A DNA stretch of 64,000 bases from Beijerinckiaceae bacterium (GTDB lineage Bacteria; Pseudomonadota; Alphaproteobacteria; Rhizobiales; Beijerinckiaceae), in contig CANGBX010000011.1 in assembly GCA_947452455.1 (NCBI GenBank), positions 2,188 to 66,187 of the forward strand, read 5' to 3'. Numbering within the stretch: position 1 is the stretch's first letter; the number at the start of each line of letters is the position of its first letter. Of the stretch, positions 11,454-21,681 are shown one piece after another. Below the pieces are notes generated by a model. That model saw only the letters and a program-made list of their open reading frames with translations. It searched no databases and was not told the origin of the DNA. The translations under genes and the position numbers were made by a program.

Positions 11454-11599
11454 GTTTTTCGCTCGCGAAAAACTTATCCCGAGGCCGAAAAGCCGAAGGG
11501 ATCCAGACCAAACAAAACCATTCGCGCAACACTTAAGTTGCGCGCATTACCTCAATCCCCAGCGCCTGGCATTACGGGCGCGCATGAAGGACTTTTGAT

Positions 11600-11989
11600 A
11601 TGGCAAAAGAAGCAGGCCGCGTCCGCCGCCGCGAACGCAAGAACATCGCATCGGGCGTCGCCCATGTGAGCTCGACGTTCAACAACACGATGATCACGAT
11701 CACCGACGCGCAGGGCAACACGATCTCCTGGTCGTCTGCTGGCACGATGGGTTTCAAGGGCTCGCGTAAATCGACTCCTTACGCCGCTCAGATGGCTGCA
11801 GAAGATGCTGCCAAAAAGGCGCAAGAGCACGGCATGCGCACGCTCGAAGTCGAAGTGTCGGGCCCGGGCTCTGGCCGTGAATCGGCTCTGCGCGCTTTGC
11901 AGGCTGCCGGTTTCACCGTCACCTCGATCCGTGACGTGACTCCGATCCCGCACAATGGTTGCCGTCCGCGCAAGCGTCGTCGCGTCTAA
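11600..11989 (+). CDS. rpsK: 30S ribosomal protein S11
   Basis: [14 protein letters not shown]...[12 protein letters not shown]. Confidence 0.99.
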   Translation: MAKEAGRVRRRERKNIASGVAHVSSTFNNTMITITDAQGNTISWSSAGTMGFKGSRKSTPYAAQMAAEDAAKKAQEHGMRTLEVEVSGPGSGRESALRALQAAGFTVTSIRDVTPIPHNGCRPRKRRRV

Positions 11990-12115
11990 TCTCATCTACA
12001 GTCTTCGTCTCTCTCAGCGACGGTTGAGAGAGGCATTTGTTTGTTTTCATCGACAGCATGAGGCCAGGGTCGACGGACCGATATGCTTCACGCTGCATCA
12101 TGAAGGAAGTCTCAC

Positions 12116-13132
12116 GTGATCCAGAAGAACTGGCAAGAACTCATCAAGCCGAACAAGCTCGAAGTCATCGCTGGCGATGATGCCAAGCGTCTTGCAACTG
12201 TCGTTGCAGAACCGCTCGAGCGCGGCTTTGGTCTGACACTGGGCAATGCGCTGCGTCGCATTCTCTTGTCGTCGCTGCAGGGTGCTGCGATCACCTCCGT
12301 GCAGATCGATGGTGTGCTCCACGAATTCTCGTCGATCCCGGGCGTTCGTGAAGATGTCACCGACATCGTGCTCAACATCAAAGACATTGCCATCCGCATG
12401 CAGGGCGAAGGCCCGAAGCGCATGGTGCTGAAGAAGCAGGGCCCGGGCGCTGTGCTGGCTGGCGACATTGGCGTGTCGGGTGACGTTGTTGTTCTCAATC
12501 CGAACCTCGTCATCTGCAACCTCGACGAGGGTGCAGAAATCCGCATGGAATTCACCGTCAACACCGGCAAGGGCTATGTTCCGGCTGAACAGAATCGTGC
12601 GGAAGATGCGCCGATTGGTTTGATCCCGGTCGACAGCCTTTATTCGCCGGTCAAGAAGGTTGCTTATCGCGTCGAAAACACCCGCGAAGGTCAGGTGCTC
12701 GACTATGACAAGCTGACTATGCAGCTCGAAACCAATGGTTCGATCACGCCGGAAGATGCTGTCGCCTATGCAGCACGCATTCTGCAAGATCAGCTCAATG
12801 TCTTCGTGAATTTCGAAGAGCCGCGTCGCGAAGAAGCAGCTCCCTCGATCCCCGAGCTCGCGTTCAATCCCGCGCTGCTCAAGAAGGTCGACGAGCTCGA
12901 GCTCTCTGTGCGTTCGGCCAATTGCCTCAAGAACGACAACATCGTCTACATCGGCGATCTCATCCAGAAGACGGAAGCCGAGATGCTGCGCACGCCGAAC
13001 TTCGGCCGCAAGTCGCTCAACGAGATCAAGGAAGTTCTCGCCCAGATGGGTCTCCATCTCGGTATGGAAGTGTCCGGCTGGCCGCCGGAAAATATAGAAG
13101 AGCTCGCCAAGCGCTTCGAAGAACATTATTGA
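12116..13132 (+). CDS. rpoA: RNA polymerase alpha subunit
   Basis: [38 protein letters not shown]. Confidence 0.99.
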   Translation: MIQKNWQELIKPNKLEVIAGDDAKRLATVVAEPLERGFGLTLGNALRRILLSSLQGAAITSVQIDGVLHEFSSIPGVREDVTDIVLNIKDIAIRMQGEGPKRMVLKKQGPGAVLAGDIGVSGDVVVLNPNLVICNLDEGAEIRMEFTVNTGKGYVPAEQNRAEDAPIGLIPVDSLYSPVKKVAYRVENTREGQVLDYDKLTMQLETNGSITPEDAVAYAARILQDQLNVFVNFEEPRREEAAPSIPELAFNPALLKKVDELELSVRSANCLKNDNIVYIGDLIQKTEAEMLRTPNFGRKSLNEIKEVLAQMGLHLGMEVSGWPPENIEELAKRFEEHY

Positions 13133-13219
13133 GATTAAAACCGGGGGCGGCTTGCTGCCCCCAAATACCCAGACCGGCGTTCCTTGGCACGGCGTCCGGT
13201 AAAATTTTAGGAGAGCCAC

Positions 13220-13639
13220 ATGTATCACGGTCGTTCCAAGCGTCGTTTCAACCGCACAGCCGAACATCGCAAGGCGATGTTTGCCAATATGTGCCAGGCG
13301 CTCATCAAGCATGAGCAGATCATCACCACGCTGCCCAAGGCGAAGGATCTTCGCCCAGTCGTCGAAAAGCTTGTCACGCTCGGCAAGCGCGGTGATCTGC
13401 ATGCACGTCGTCAGGCGATTTCGCAGATCAAGGACGTTGATCTCGTCCGCAAGCTGTTTGATGTGCTCGCACCCCGCTACAAGACCCGCAACGGCGGCTA
13501 CACCCGCGTGCTGAAGGCCGGTTTCCGCTTTGGCGATAATGCAGCAATGGCTGTCATCGAATTCGTTGATCGTGATGTGAATGCACGCGGTCAGGATTCG
13601 GGCCCGACCGCAGAAGCAGCGGCTGAGGCCGCTGAATAA
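13220..13639 (+). CDS. rplQ: 50S ribosomal protein L17
   Basis: [12 protein letters not shown]...[19 protein letters not shown]. Confidence 0.99.
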   Translation: MYHGRSKRRFNRTAEHRKAMFANMCQALIKHEQIITTLPKAKDLRPVVEKLVTLGKRGDLHARRQAISQIKDVDLVRKLFDVLAPRYKTRNGGYTRVLKAGFRFGDNAAMAVIEFVDRDVNARGQDSGPTAEAAAEAAE

Positions 13640-13663
13640 TCAGCGCATCAGGCTTTTGAATTT

Positions 13664-13694
13664 AAAAGGGCGGTCCCTCGGGCCGCCCTTTTTT
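13664..13694 (+). terminator. Intrinsic terminator closing the alpha operon
   Basis: aaaagggcggtcc-ctc-gggccgcccttttt. Confidence 0.85.
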
Positions 13695-13723
13695 GTTTTG
13701 AGGTGATTGCTTATGTTAGTGTT

Positions 13724-13805
13724 GTCATTGCGAGCGGAGCAAAGCAAACCAGAGGCCTCGCGTGTGGTTTCTGGTTTGCTTCGTCGCTTTGCTCCTCGCA
13801 ATGAC
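13724..13805. repeat. CGTC-type REP-like palindrome, copy 1
   Basis: gtcattgcgagcggagcaaagcaaacca...tggtttgcttcgtcgctttgctcctcgcaatgac; terminal inverted repeats shared with 7 other copies. Confidence 0.9.
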
Positions 13806-13826
13806 AGCGTGATCAAGGAGACGTTC

Positions 13827-15218
13827 ATGCGCAGTCTCGCACTTGCCCTTTTTGCTGTGTTGACGTTGACCCTGCCGCTCCACGCGCAGACGCGTGCTGT
13901 GCCTGACAATCGCATGCAGGTGACGCTCTCTTATGCGCCGGTCGTGAAAAAGGCGCAGCCGTCAGTCGTGAATGTCTATGCATCACGCGTCGAGCGGCGC
14001 CCCAGCAATCCTTTGTTTGATGACCCCGTGTTTCGCCGCTTCTTCGGTGAGCAGCGTCGTGGTGGACAGACAGCGCAATCGCTTGGCTCTGGTGTGATTG
14101 TTGATACGAGCGGTCTCGTCATCACCAATCATCATGTCATCGAAGGCATGACCAATGTGAAAGTAGCGCTTGCCGATCGGCGCGAATTCGATGCTGATAT
14201 TGTGTTGCAAGATCCACGCACCGATCTCGCCGTTTTGCGTATTCGCAACGGCGCCAATTTTCCGGCGATGGAATTGGCAGATTCCGATGGGCTTGAAGTC
14301 GGCGACATCGTGCTCGCTATCGGCAATCCGTTCGGTGTCGGCCAAACGGTCACGCAGGGCATTGTCTCCGCACTCGCGCGCACGCAAGTCGGCATTACCG
14401 ATTACGGTTTTTTCATCCAGACAGATGCAGCGATCAACCCCGGCAATTCGGGTGGCGCGCTTGTTGATATGCAGGGCCGTCTCGTTGGTGTGAATTCAGC
14501 GATCTTCTCGCAATCGGGTGGCTCGGTTGGGATCGGTTTTGCCATCCCCGTGAATATGGTGAAGCTTGTTGTCGCTGCTGCCAAAGGGGGCGTGAGCAAA
14601 GTGCGCCGTCCGTGGTTAGGCGCAACCCTGCAAGGCGTATCGCGCGAGATTGCGGAATCGCTTGCCATGGAGCGCCCCGCAGGTGCGCTTGTCTCCGACA
14701 TTCAAAACAATTCGCCTGCTGCTCAATCGGGTCTTTTGCGCGGTGATGTCATCACCCATGTCGATGACAAGGAAGTCGATGATCCGGAAGGGGTGGGCTA
14801 TCGCATGGGCGTGCGCCCGCTGGGTGGTTCTGTGAAGCTCACCGTTTTGCGTCGGGGCAAGGCCACGATGCTTGATCTGAAGCTTGCCGCTGCACCCGAA
14901 ACACCGCCGCGTGAAGAGGTGAAAATTTCCGGCCGTAATCCTTTTGATGGAGCGAGTGCGGTCAATGTGTCTCCGGCGACGCTGGAAGAATATTCCGTTG
15001 AGGGCGTCAAAGACGGCGTCCTTCTGGCCGAGGTGCCGCAGGGCTCGACAGCCGGCAATGTCGGCTTGCAAAAGGGCGATGTGATAGTTGCGGTCAATGA
15101 TCGCAAGATCGAGCGCACATCTGATTTGCGCACAGCCACCAATGTCGGACGGCAGGTCTATTGGAAGCTTGTGATTTTCCGCAATGGGCAGATGATCACC
15201 AGTGTGATCGGCGGGTAG
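13827..15218 (+). CDS. DegP/DegQ (HtrA, Do-family) periplasmic serine protease with two PDZ domains
   Basis: Signal peptide; ITNHHV (His), DLAVL (Asp), INPGNSGG (Ser); AAGGAG before ATG 13827. Confidence 0.95.
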   Translation: MRSLALALFAVLTLTLPLHAQTRAVPDNRMQVTLSYAPVVKKAQPSVVNVYASRVERRPSNPLFDDPVFRRFFGEQRRGGQTAQSLGSGVIVDTSGLVITNHHVIEGMTNVKVALADRREFDADIVLQDPRTDLAVLRIRNGANFPAMELADSDGLEVGDIVLAIGNPFGVGQTVTQGIVSALARTQVGITDYGFFIQTDAAINPGNSGGALVDMQGRLVGVNSAIFSQSGGSVGIGFAIPVNMVKLVVAAAKGGVSKVRRPWLGATLQGVSREIAESLAMERPAGALVSDIQNNSPAAQSGLLRGDVITHVDDKEVDDPEGVGYRMGVRPLGGSVKLTVLRRGKATMLDLKLAAAPETPPREEVKISGRNPFDGASAVNVSPATLEEYSVEGVKDGVLLAEVPQGSTAGNVGLQKGDVIVAVNDRKIERTSDLRTATNVGRQVYWKLVIFRNGQMITSVIGG

Positions 15219-15224
15219 GATGGT

Positions 15225-15315
15225 CGTCATTGCGAGCGAAGCGAAGCAAAGCAATCCAGAAGCCCCATTTGTGAAATCTGGATTGCCACGTCGCCTCCGG
15301 CTCCTCGCAATGACG
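15225..15315. repeat. CGTC-type REP-like palindrome, copy 2
   Basis: cgtcattgcgagcgaagcgaagcaaagcaatcca...tggattgccacgtcgcctccggctcctcgcaatgacg. Confidence 0.9.
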
Positions 15316-15335
15316 GTGCATAAGGGCGGGCAGGG

Positions 15336-16643
15336 ATGAGTGATCTGTTTCAAAAAGCAGGCATGGAAGAGAGCGCGCCGCGCCCGCTGGCTGATCGCAT
15401 GCGCCCGCAAGTTTTGGCCGATGTCGCGGGGCAAGACCATCTCGTCGGGCCTGATGGGATTCTCACGCGGCTGATCCGCGCGGGCTCTTTGGGTTCTCTG
15501 GTGTTCTGGGGGCCGCCGGGTACAGGCAAGACAACACTCGCGCGACTTCTCGCACATGAGACCAATCTGGAGTTCGCGCAGATCTCGGCGATCTTCACGG
15601 GCGTGGCAGACCTGAAGAAAGTTTTTGAAGCCGCGCGCGAGCGCCGCCGTATGGGGCGCGGCACTTTGCTTTTCGTTGACGAGATTCATCGATTCAATCG
15701 CGCGCAGCAGGATAGTTTTCTGCCCGTGATGGAGGATGGCACTGTCACGCTGATTGGCGCGACGACGGAGAACCCGTCGTTCGAACTCAATGCAGCGCTT
15801 TTATCGCGTGCGCGTGTGCTCACCTTCCGCTCGCTTGAACCCGAAGCGCTCGAAAAAATGCTCGCGCGTGCCGAGACAATCGAGGGGCGCGCACTTCCTC
15901 TTGATGAGACTGCGCGCGCCAGCCTGATCCGCATGGCCGATGGCGATGGTCGTGCTGTGCTCACACTGGCCGAAGAAGTCTGGCGCTCGGCAGGCGAGGG
16001 CGAGATTTTTGATGCCGCACAATTGGCCGAGATTGTTCAGCGCCGCGCGCCGATTTACGACAAGGCGCAAGAGGGCCATTACAATCTCATTTCGGCTTTG
16101 CATAAGAGCGTGCGTGGCTCTGATCCCGATGCGGCGCTTTATTATCTCGCGCGCATGCTGGATGCAGGCGAAGATCCGCTGTTCCTTGCACGTCGCATCG
16201 TGCGCATGGCGGTGGAAGATATAGGGCTTGCCGATCCGCAAGCCCTCGTCATCGCCAATGCGGCCAAGGATGCTTATGATTTTCTCGGGTCGCCCGAAGG
16301 CGAGCTCGCCCTTGCCCAGGCCGTGATCTATGTCGCGACCGCGCCGAAATCCAACGCGGCTTACACGGCCTATAAGGCAGCACGAGCGCTCGCGCAGACC
16401 CATGGCTCGCTCATGCCGCCCAAAGTCATTCTCAACGGCCACACCAAATTCATGAAGCAGGAAGGCTATGGCGAGGGCTATGCCTATGACCATGACGAGC
16501 CTGAAGGCTTCTCGGGCCAGAATTACTGGCCTGATGCACTGGGGCGCCATTCGCTTTATGAGCCCGTCGAGCGCGGCTTTGAGCGCGATATCCGCAAAAG
16601 GCTCGATTATTGGGCCAAGCTGCGCCGCGAGCGGGGGCAATAG
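15336..16643 (+). CDS. rarA: Replication-associated recombination protein A (RarA/MgsA AAA+ ATPase)
   Basis: GPPGTGKT, DEIHRFN, GATTENPSF, SALHKSVRGSDPDAALY. Confidence 0.96.
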   Translation: MSDLFQKAGMEESAPRPLADRMRPQVLADVAGQDHLVGPDGILTRLIRAGSLGSLVFWGPPGTGKTTLARLLAHETNLEFAQISAIFTGVADLKKVFEAARERRRMGRGTLLFVDEIHRFNRAQQDSFLPVMEDGTVTLIGATTENPSFELNAALLSRARVLTFRSLEPEALEKMLARAETIEGRALPLDETARASLIRMADGDGRAVLTLAEEVWRSAGEGEIFDAAQLAEIVQRRAPIYDKAQEGHYNLISALHKSVRGSDPDAALYYLARMLDAGEDPLFLARRIVRMAVEDIGLADPQALVIANAAKDAYDFLGSPEGELALAQAVIYVATAPKSNAAYTAYKAARALAQTHGSLMPPKVILNGHTKFMKQEGYGEGYAYDHDEPEGFSGQNYWPDALGRHSLYEPVERGFERDIRKRLDYWAKLRRERGQ

Positions 16644-16679
16644 AACTGGCTCCGGGGCGGACGCTGGGCTATAAAGCCC

Positions 16680-16762
16680 CGTCATTGCGAGCGTAGCGAA
16701 GCAACCCAGAAGCCTCACATGGGGCCTCTGGGTTGCTTCGTCGCTTTGCTCCTCGCAATGAC
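16680..16762. repeat. CGTC-type REP-like palindrome, copy 3
   Basis: cgtcattgcgagcgtagcgaagcaaccca...tgggttgcttcgtcgctttgctcctcgcaatgac. Confidence 0.9.
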
Positions 16763-16793
16763 AGCTAAAATCCCTGAGAGCCTTTCACGTTCC

Positions 16794-17177
16794 ATGCAGT
16801 CTTTTCTTCTTGTCTTTCTGGGCGCCGGACTAGGTGGCGCTTTGCGCCATGGCGTGAACATGGTCGCTGTGCGCGTGGCCGAAGAGGGGTTTCCCTGGGG
16901 CACGCTGTTCATCAATGCGGCGGGTTCATTGGTGATGGGGCTGTTTGCCGGCTTCTTTGCTTTCAAGGCGGGTGAGGGCTCTACGCAAAGCCTGCGTTTG
17001 TTTTTGATGACAGGCGTGCTCGGTGGCTTCACCACATTCTCGGCTTTCTCGCTTGAGACAATCTTGCTCTGGGAGCGCGGCGAAGCCGCCTCTGCTTTGC
17101 TCTACGTCGTGGCGAGTGTTGTGCTCGCCGTTGTTGGCCTCTTCTTAGGCCTGTCGGTCGTGAGGTCATTTTCGTGA
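16794..17177 (+). CDS. crcB: Fluoride efflux channel CrcB/FluC
   Basis: GAGLGGALR, FPWGTLFIN, GVLGGFTTFSAFS signature. Confidence 0.95.
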   Translation: MQSFLLVFLGAGLGGALRHGVNMVAVRVAEEGFPWGTLFINAAGSLVMGLFAGFFAFKAGEGSTQSLRLFLMTGVLGGFTTFSAFSLETILLWERGEAASALLYVVASVVLAVVGLFLGLSVVRSFS

Positions 17178-18259
17178 GTGAGACAAAAAATTCGGGCGGT
17201 GTGCAGACCTTCATCGTGACAGCCGATGAAGATGGCATGCGCCTTGACCGCTGGTTCAAACGGCGCGTGCCGGATTTGTCGCTCGGCCATCTCAATAAAA
17301 TTTGCCGCACGGGCCAAGTGCGTGTGGATGGATCGCGCGTGCAAACATCAAGCCGCCTTGCCGAAGGCAATGCCGTGCGCGTGCCGCCGCTCAAACTCGA
17401 TGCGCCTGCCAAGCCAGCGGTGAAACGCGCCGTTGTGTCGGATGATGATGTCCGCTCCATCCGCCAGATGACGATCTTTGAAGACAAGCACATTATCGTG
17501 CTGAACAAGCCATATGGTTTGGCCGTGCAGGGTGGTTCTGGCACCAAGCATCATATTGACGGCATGCTCATGTCGATGGCCGATGAAAAGGGTGATCGCC
17601 CGTTGCTGGTGCATCGTCTGGATCGCGATACATCAGGTGTGCTGCTGATTGCGCGTACGCGCAAAATGGCGTCCGATTTGGGCGAGTTGTTCCGCTCGCG
17701 CCAGACGAAGAAGATTTATTGGTCAGTTGTGGAAGGTGTGCCCAAGCCGACACAAGGCCGCATTTCGCTCTTCTTGGCCAAGGGTGCCGGCATGGGTGAT
17801 GATCGTCGTGGCCCGAGAAAGCCCGGTACCGAGCGCCGCGACCCCGAGAAAATGCGTATTGCCAAACATGGCGATGAAGATGCGCAGCATTCCGTGACTT
17901 TTTATGCGACGGTCGACAAAGTCTCGCCGCGTCTTGCATGGCTGTCGATGAAGCCGATCACGGGCCGCACGCACCAATTGCGCGCTCATGCGGAAGCTAT
18001 TGGTCATCCGATCATTGGCGATCCGAAATATGGTACGCGGCCCGAGAATGATCCGCGCCGCACGGATCCTTTGCGCGCGATCCCCGCACAGGTTGAGCGC
18101 AAGCTGCATCTGCTTGCGCGCCGTCTCATTTTGCCTCACCCCAAAGGCGGGACGATTGATGTGACCGCGCCGCTGCCCCAACATATGCAAACGACGTTTG
18201 ATTTGCTGGGCTTTGATCTCAGCACCTATGACCCGATCATGGATGCGCCCGACGAATGA
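17174..18259 (+). CDS. RluA-family (RluC-like) pseudouridine synthase
   Basis: S4-like N-terminus, NKPYGLAVQGG, HRLDRDTSG, TGRTHQLRAH. Confidence 0.95.
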   Translation: MSETKNSGGVQTFIVTADEDGMRLDRWFKRRVPDLSLGHLNKICRTGQVRVDGSRVQTSSRLAEGNAVRVPPLKLDAPAKPAVKRAVVSDDDVRSIRQMTIFEDKHIIVLNKPYGLAVQGGSGTKHHIDGMLMSMADEKGDRPLLVHRLDRDTSGVLLIARTRKMASDLGELFRSRQTKKIYWSVVEGVPKPTQGRISLFLAKGAGMGDDRRGPRKPGTERRDPEKMRIAKHGDEDAQHSVTFYATVDKVSPRLAWLSMKPITGRTHQLRAHAEAIGHPIIGDPKYGTRPENDPRRTDPLRAIPAQVERKLHLLARRLILPHPKGGTIDVTAPLPQHMQTTFDLLGFDLSTYDPIMDAPDE

Positions 18260-18918
18260 AACTCGTCATTTTCGATGTTGATGGCACATTGGTCGACAGC
18301 CAGCATTTCATTGTCGAAGCCCAGACGCGCGCCTTTGCGGCCCATGGCATGGTGCCGCCCTCGCGCGATCAAATGCTCTCTATCGTCGGCCTGTCACTGG
18401 TGCAGGCCTTTGTTGAGCTGACGGGTGACGAAGAGAAATCTGTGACTTTGGCGCAAGCCTATCGTGATGCTTGGCATGTCATGCGCACCGACCCCAATTA
18501 TGCCGATGCGCTTTACCCCGGCGCTCGCGAGGCGGTGGAAGCTTTGGCGCAGCGCGATGATGTGCTGCTCGGTGTGGCGACAGGCAAATCGGTCAAGGGT
18601 GTCCATCACATGTTCGATGAACATGGTTGGCATGAGCATTTCGTCACCGTGCAAACCTCAGATCATCATCCCTCGAAACCAGACCCCTCCATGATCCTCA
18701 AAGCTTTGAGCGAGACGGGGATGGAGCCGCAGGACGCCATCATGATTGGCGACACAGGTTTTGATATGGAGATGGCCCGCAGCGCCGGTGTTCGCCGGAT
18801 AGGTGTGACATGGGGCTATCATGATCATGTGCGCTTGCTGGAAAGCGGCGCGGAACATCTGGTGCATTCTTTTGATGAGCTGATGGTGCTCTTGGCCTCC
18901 GGCCGCTGTTGGAATTAA
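18256..18918 (+). CDS. HAD-IA family hydrolase (phosphoglycolate phosphatase-like)
   Basis: FDVDGTLVDS motif I, SKPDP, IGDTGFD. Confidence 0.92.
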   Translation: MKLVIFDVDGTLVDSQHFIVEAQTRAFAAHGMVPPSRDQMLSIVGLSLVQAFVELTGDEEKSVTLAQAYRDAWHVMRTDPNYADALYPGAREAVEALAQRDDVLLGVATGKSVKGVHHMFDEHGWHEHFVTVQTSDHHPSKPDPSMILKALSETGMEPQDAIMIGDTGFDMEMARSAGVRRIGVTWGYHDHVRLLESGAEHLVHSFDELMVLLASGRCWN

Positions 18919-18922
18919 ACAT

Positions 18923-19720
18923 ATGACCATGCGCGAAGACCTGTCCAAAGATCTGCTGCCTGTCCATGGCGAGGACATCGATCCCGTCGAAATGGCGCGG
19001 CGTGATTTGAAGAAATCTTTGCCCAAGCGCTTTTATGCGCAGGCGCATTTTGAACTGCGCGATGGCGGCCATGTGCTGCTGCTCGATGGACGACCTGCAC
19101 AAACGCCGGGGCGTAATCGCATCGCTTTGCCAACGCCAGCTGCGGCGCAATTGGTGGCTGATGAATGGCAGGCGCAGGCCGAGCAGATTGACCCGGCCAC
19201 CATGCCGGTCACACGCATCGTCAATTCCGCCATTGATGGCGTGGCGCGTGAGATGGATTCCGTGCGCGCAGAAATCGCGCGTTATGCGGGGTCTGATCTT
19301 GTTTGCTATCGCGCCTCTGAGTCGGATGGTCTTGTGCAGGCGCAAGCGCAGCACTGGGACCCTGTGCTGGCCTTTGCGCGAGACACGCTTGGCGCGCGTT
19401 TGGTTCTGGCTGAGGGCGTAATGTTTGCCGAGCAACCCGATCACGCGCTTGTTGCGATACGCCAAGCTGTCGATGTGGTCGAAGGTGAAATGGCACTCGC
19501 GGCTCTCCACGTCATGACCACATTGACGGGCTCGGCTTTGATTGCTCTGGCGCTTGTGCGCAAACATTTTGATTTAGAGGCAGCATGGTCTGCGGCCCAT
19601 GCTGATGAAGATTACCAGATGCGCATTTGGGGTGCCGATGCGGAAGCAATCGCGCGGCGCAACAAACGCTGGCTTGAGATAAAAGCCGCGCATGATCTCT
19701 TTCAAGCGTCCCATATCTGA
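18923..19720 (+). CDS. ATP12 family F1-ATPase assembly chaperone
   Basis: LPKRFY, LLDGRPAQTPGR, EWQAQ, MPVTRIVNSAID, TLTGSALIALA. Confidence 0.88.
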   Translation: MTMREDLSKDLLPVHGEDIDPVEMARRDLKKSLPKRFYAQAHFELRDGGHVLLLDGRPAQTPGRNRIALPTPAAAQLVADEWQAQAEQIDPATMPVTRIVNSAIDGVAREMDSVRAEIARYAGSDLVCYRASESDGLVQAQAQHWDPVLAFARDTLGARLVLAEGVMFAEQPDHALVAIRQAVDVVEGEMALAALHVMTTLTGSALIALALVRKHFDLEAAWSAAHADEDYQMRIWGADAEAIARRNKRWLEIKAAHDLFQASHI

Positions 19721-19861
19721 CGCTAGGACGCAGACTTCTCACTTTGCGTCACGCAAACTAATTGTGATTTCCTGATAGAGTCGCGTCAAAAATTTATCTT
19801 TGCGCAATTTTTGAGCGCAATACTTCCGCTATTGATTTTTGTTTTTCATTGCGGATTTCCC

Positions 19862-21673
19862 ATGCGCTCGATTTCCATCACGCAGAAAATGACCATTGCG
19901 GCGCTTGCCGTTCTCTTCCTTGTCGTCACCTCATCAGGAGCTGGCATGTGGGTGGCGGTGAAATTGTCCGGCGGGCTCGACCGTGCCATGTCGTCTTCGC
20001 GTGTGCTGCGCACCCATATGGGCGCTGACATGATGCATGATGCTTTGCGCGCCGATGTTTATGCGGCTTTGCTTTCCATCGATCCTGACATGGGCTTTTC
20101 GCTCGATGATGTAGAAAAGGATTTTGCTGAGCACCGCGCAGACTTTGAAAAGCAGATTGCCGAGAATGAAAATGCTGACGTTTCGGAAGAGACACGTCTG
20201 CTCTTTTCCAAAGTTCGCATCCCGCTGAAAGAATATATCCGCGGTGCGGGTGAGATCATCAAACTGGCGGGCACAGATCGCGAAGCTGCCAAAGAAAAAA
20301 TTGTGCGCTTTGGTGAATTGTTCAAAGAACTCGAAGAGGCGATGGAGAAAGTCTCGGACTCTGTCTCGCAAGCTGATCAGGCGGAAGCTGAGACGGCCAA
20401 ACATAATGCGGTGCTCGCGCGTTATCTGATGGGCGCGCTGACCATTTTGGGCATTTTGATTGCAGTTGCTTTGATCATTCTGGCGCAATCCTCCATCGTC
20501 CGGCCGCTCACTATGATCACGCGTGCCTTGGATCGTTTGGCGAGTGGTGATTTGAAGACGCAAGTGCCAGCCGTCAAAAGCGAGGATGAAATTGGCCGCA
20601 TGGCGCGCGCTTTGAACGTCTTCAAAGACGAAATGTTGGGCCGCCAATCAGAAGTCGAAGCCCGCAAGGCCCGTGATCAGGCTGATGCGGATCGTGCGCG
20701 CCATGAATCCGTTTTGCGCGCGCAGGAAGAGCAGCGTCGCGATGTGGTCGCCGCGCTTGCAGATGCTTTGTCACGCGTGGCGCAAGGCAATCTCGCCGCC
20801 CGTATCAACGATCATTTTCCGGAAGAATATCGCCAGCTCAAGGATGATTTCAACGCGGCTATTGCCAGCCTTGAACAAGTCATGGTGGTTATTTCGCGCG
20901 CGGCTGAGGCCACGCGCAATGGCACTGGCGAGATCTCTGCTTCGTCGGATGAATTGGCGCAGCGTACGCAATCGCAGGCAGCGAGCCTCGAGCAAATGGT
21001 TGCCGCTTTGCAGGATATGACAGGCGCTTTCAAACGCTCGGCCACAGACGCAACTCATGCGCGCCAATCGGTCACCACCGTGCGCCAAGATGCGCAAAGC
21101 AGTGGCGATGTAGTGCGTCGTGCGGTGGAAGCCATGGGTGCGATCCACAATTCTGCTTTGGAAGTTTCCAAAATCATCGGTGTGATTGACGAGATTGCTT
21201 TCCAGACGTCGTTGCTCGCGCTGAATGCAGGTGTGGAAGCCGCTCGTGCGGGGGATGCTGGCAAGGGCTTTGCCGTGGTCGCGCAAGAAGTGCGCGCACT
21301 CGCCAGCCGCTCGGCTGAATCGGCCAAGGAGATCAAGGGGCTGATTTCAGCTTCGACCACGCAGGTGGATCTGGGTGTGAATCTGGTGGCCGAAACCGGC
21401 GAGGCTTTGTCGCGCATGGCGGGGCGTGTGGGCGAGATCGACACGCTCGTGTCAGACATGGCGGCGAGCGCACTCGAACAATCGCAGCGCCTGTCGGAGA
21501 TCAATTCCTCCGCCAATCAGATCGATCACGCGACGCGCCAGAATGCGGCCATGGTGGAAGAAATGACCGAAGTCGGCCGCAATCTCGCAGTGGAAGCCCG
21601 CGAACTTGCCGAACTGGTTGGGCGTTTTGAAGTGAGCGGGGAAGTCGCGCGGGAATGGCGTATGGCGGGGTGA
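19862..21673 (+). CDS. Methyl-accepting chemotaxis protein (TM - periplasmic helical sensor - TM - HAMP - MA)
   Basis: Two TM segments, HAMP (RPLTMIT...DEIGRMARAL), hairpin-tip motif IAFQTSLLALNAGVEAARAGDAGKGFAVVAQEVR. Confidence 0.96.
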   Translation: MRSISITQKMTIAALAVLFLVVTSSGAGMWVAVKLSGGLDRAMSSSRVLRTHMGADMMHDALRADVYAALLSIDPDMGFSLDDVEKDFAEHRADFEKQIAENENADVSEETRLLFSKVRIPLKEYIRGAGEIIKLAGTDREAAKEKIVRFGELFKELEEAMEKVSDSVSQADQAEAETAKHNAVLARYLMGALTILGILIAVALIILAQSSIVRPLTMITRALDRLASGDLKTQVPAVKSEDEIGRMARALNVFKDEMLGRQSEVEARKARDQADADRARHESVLRAQEEQRRDVVAALADALSRVAQGNLAARINDHFPEEYRQLKDDFNAAIASLEQVMVVISRAAEATRNGTGEISASSDELAQRTQSQAASLEQMVAALQDMTGAFKRSATDATHARQSVTTVRQDAQSSGDVVRRAVEAMGAIHNSALEVSKIIGVIDEIAFQTSLLALNAGVEAARAGDAGKGFAVVAQEVRALASRSAESAKEIKGLISASTTQVDLGVNLVAETGEALSRMAGRVGEIDTLVSDMAASALEQSQRLSEINSSANQIDHATRQNAAMVEEMTEVGRNLAVEARELAELVGRFEVSGEVAREWRMAG

Positions 21674-21681
21674 GGGGGCTC

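Noticed and set aside
8767-13220. Absence of rpmJ, infA, map and rpsD from the spc/alpha region
   Set aside because: This is the normal arrangement in Alphaproteobacteria.
381-13402. Many long antisense ORFs over the ribosomal operon (e.g. 708-1703, 6461-7462, 12098-13402)
   Set aside because: These are shadow frames of strongly codon-biased genes, with no recognisable motifs or RBS.
13707-13826. Apparent N-terminal extension of the DegP ORF through repeat copy 1 (possible in-frame repeat domestication)
   Set aside because: ATG 13827 has a strong AAGGAG SD and is followed by a signal peptide, so the extension is an ORF-caller artefact.
16644-16793. Fluoride riboswitch or extended N-terminus upstream of crcB
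   Set aside because: No fluoride-riboswitch motif is visible. The region is occupied by repeat copy 3, and the 16719 start lies inside it.
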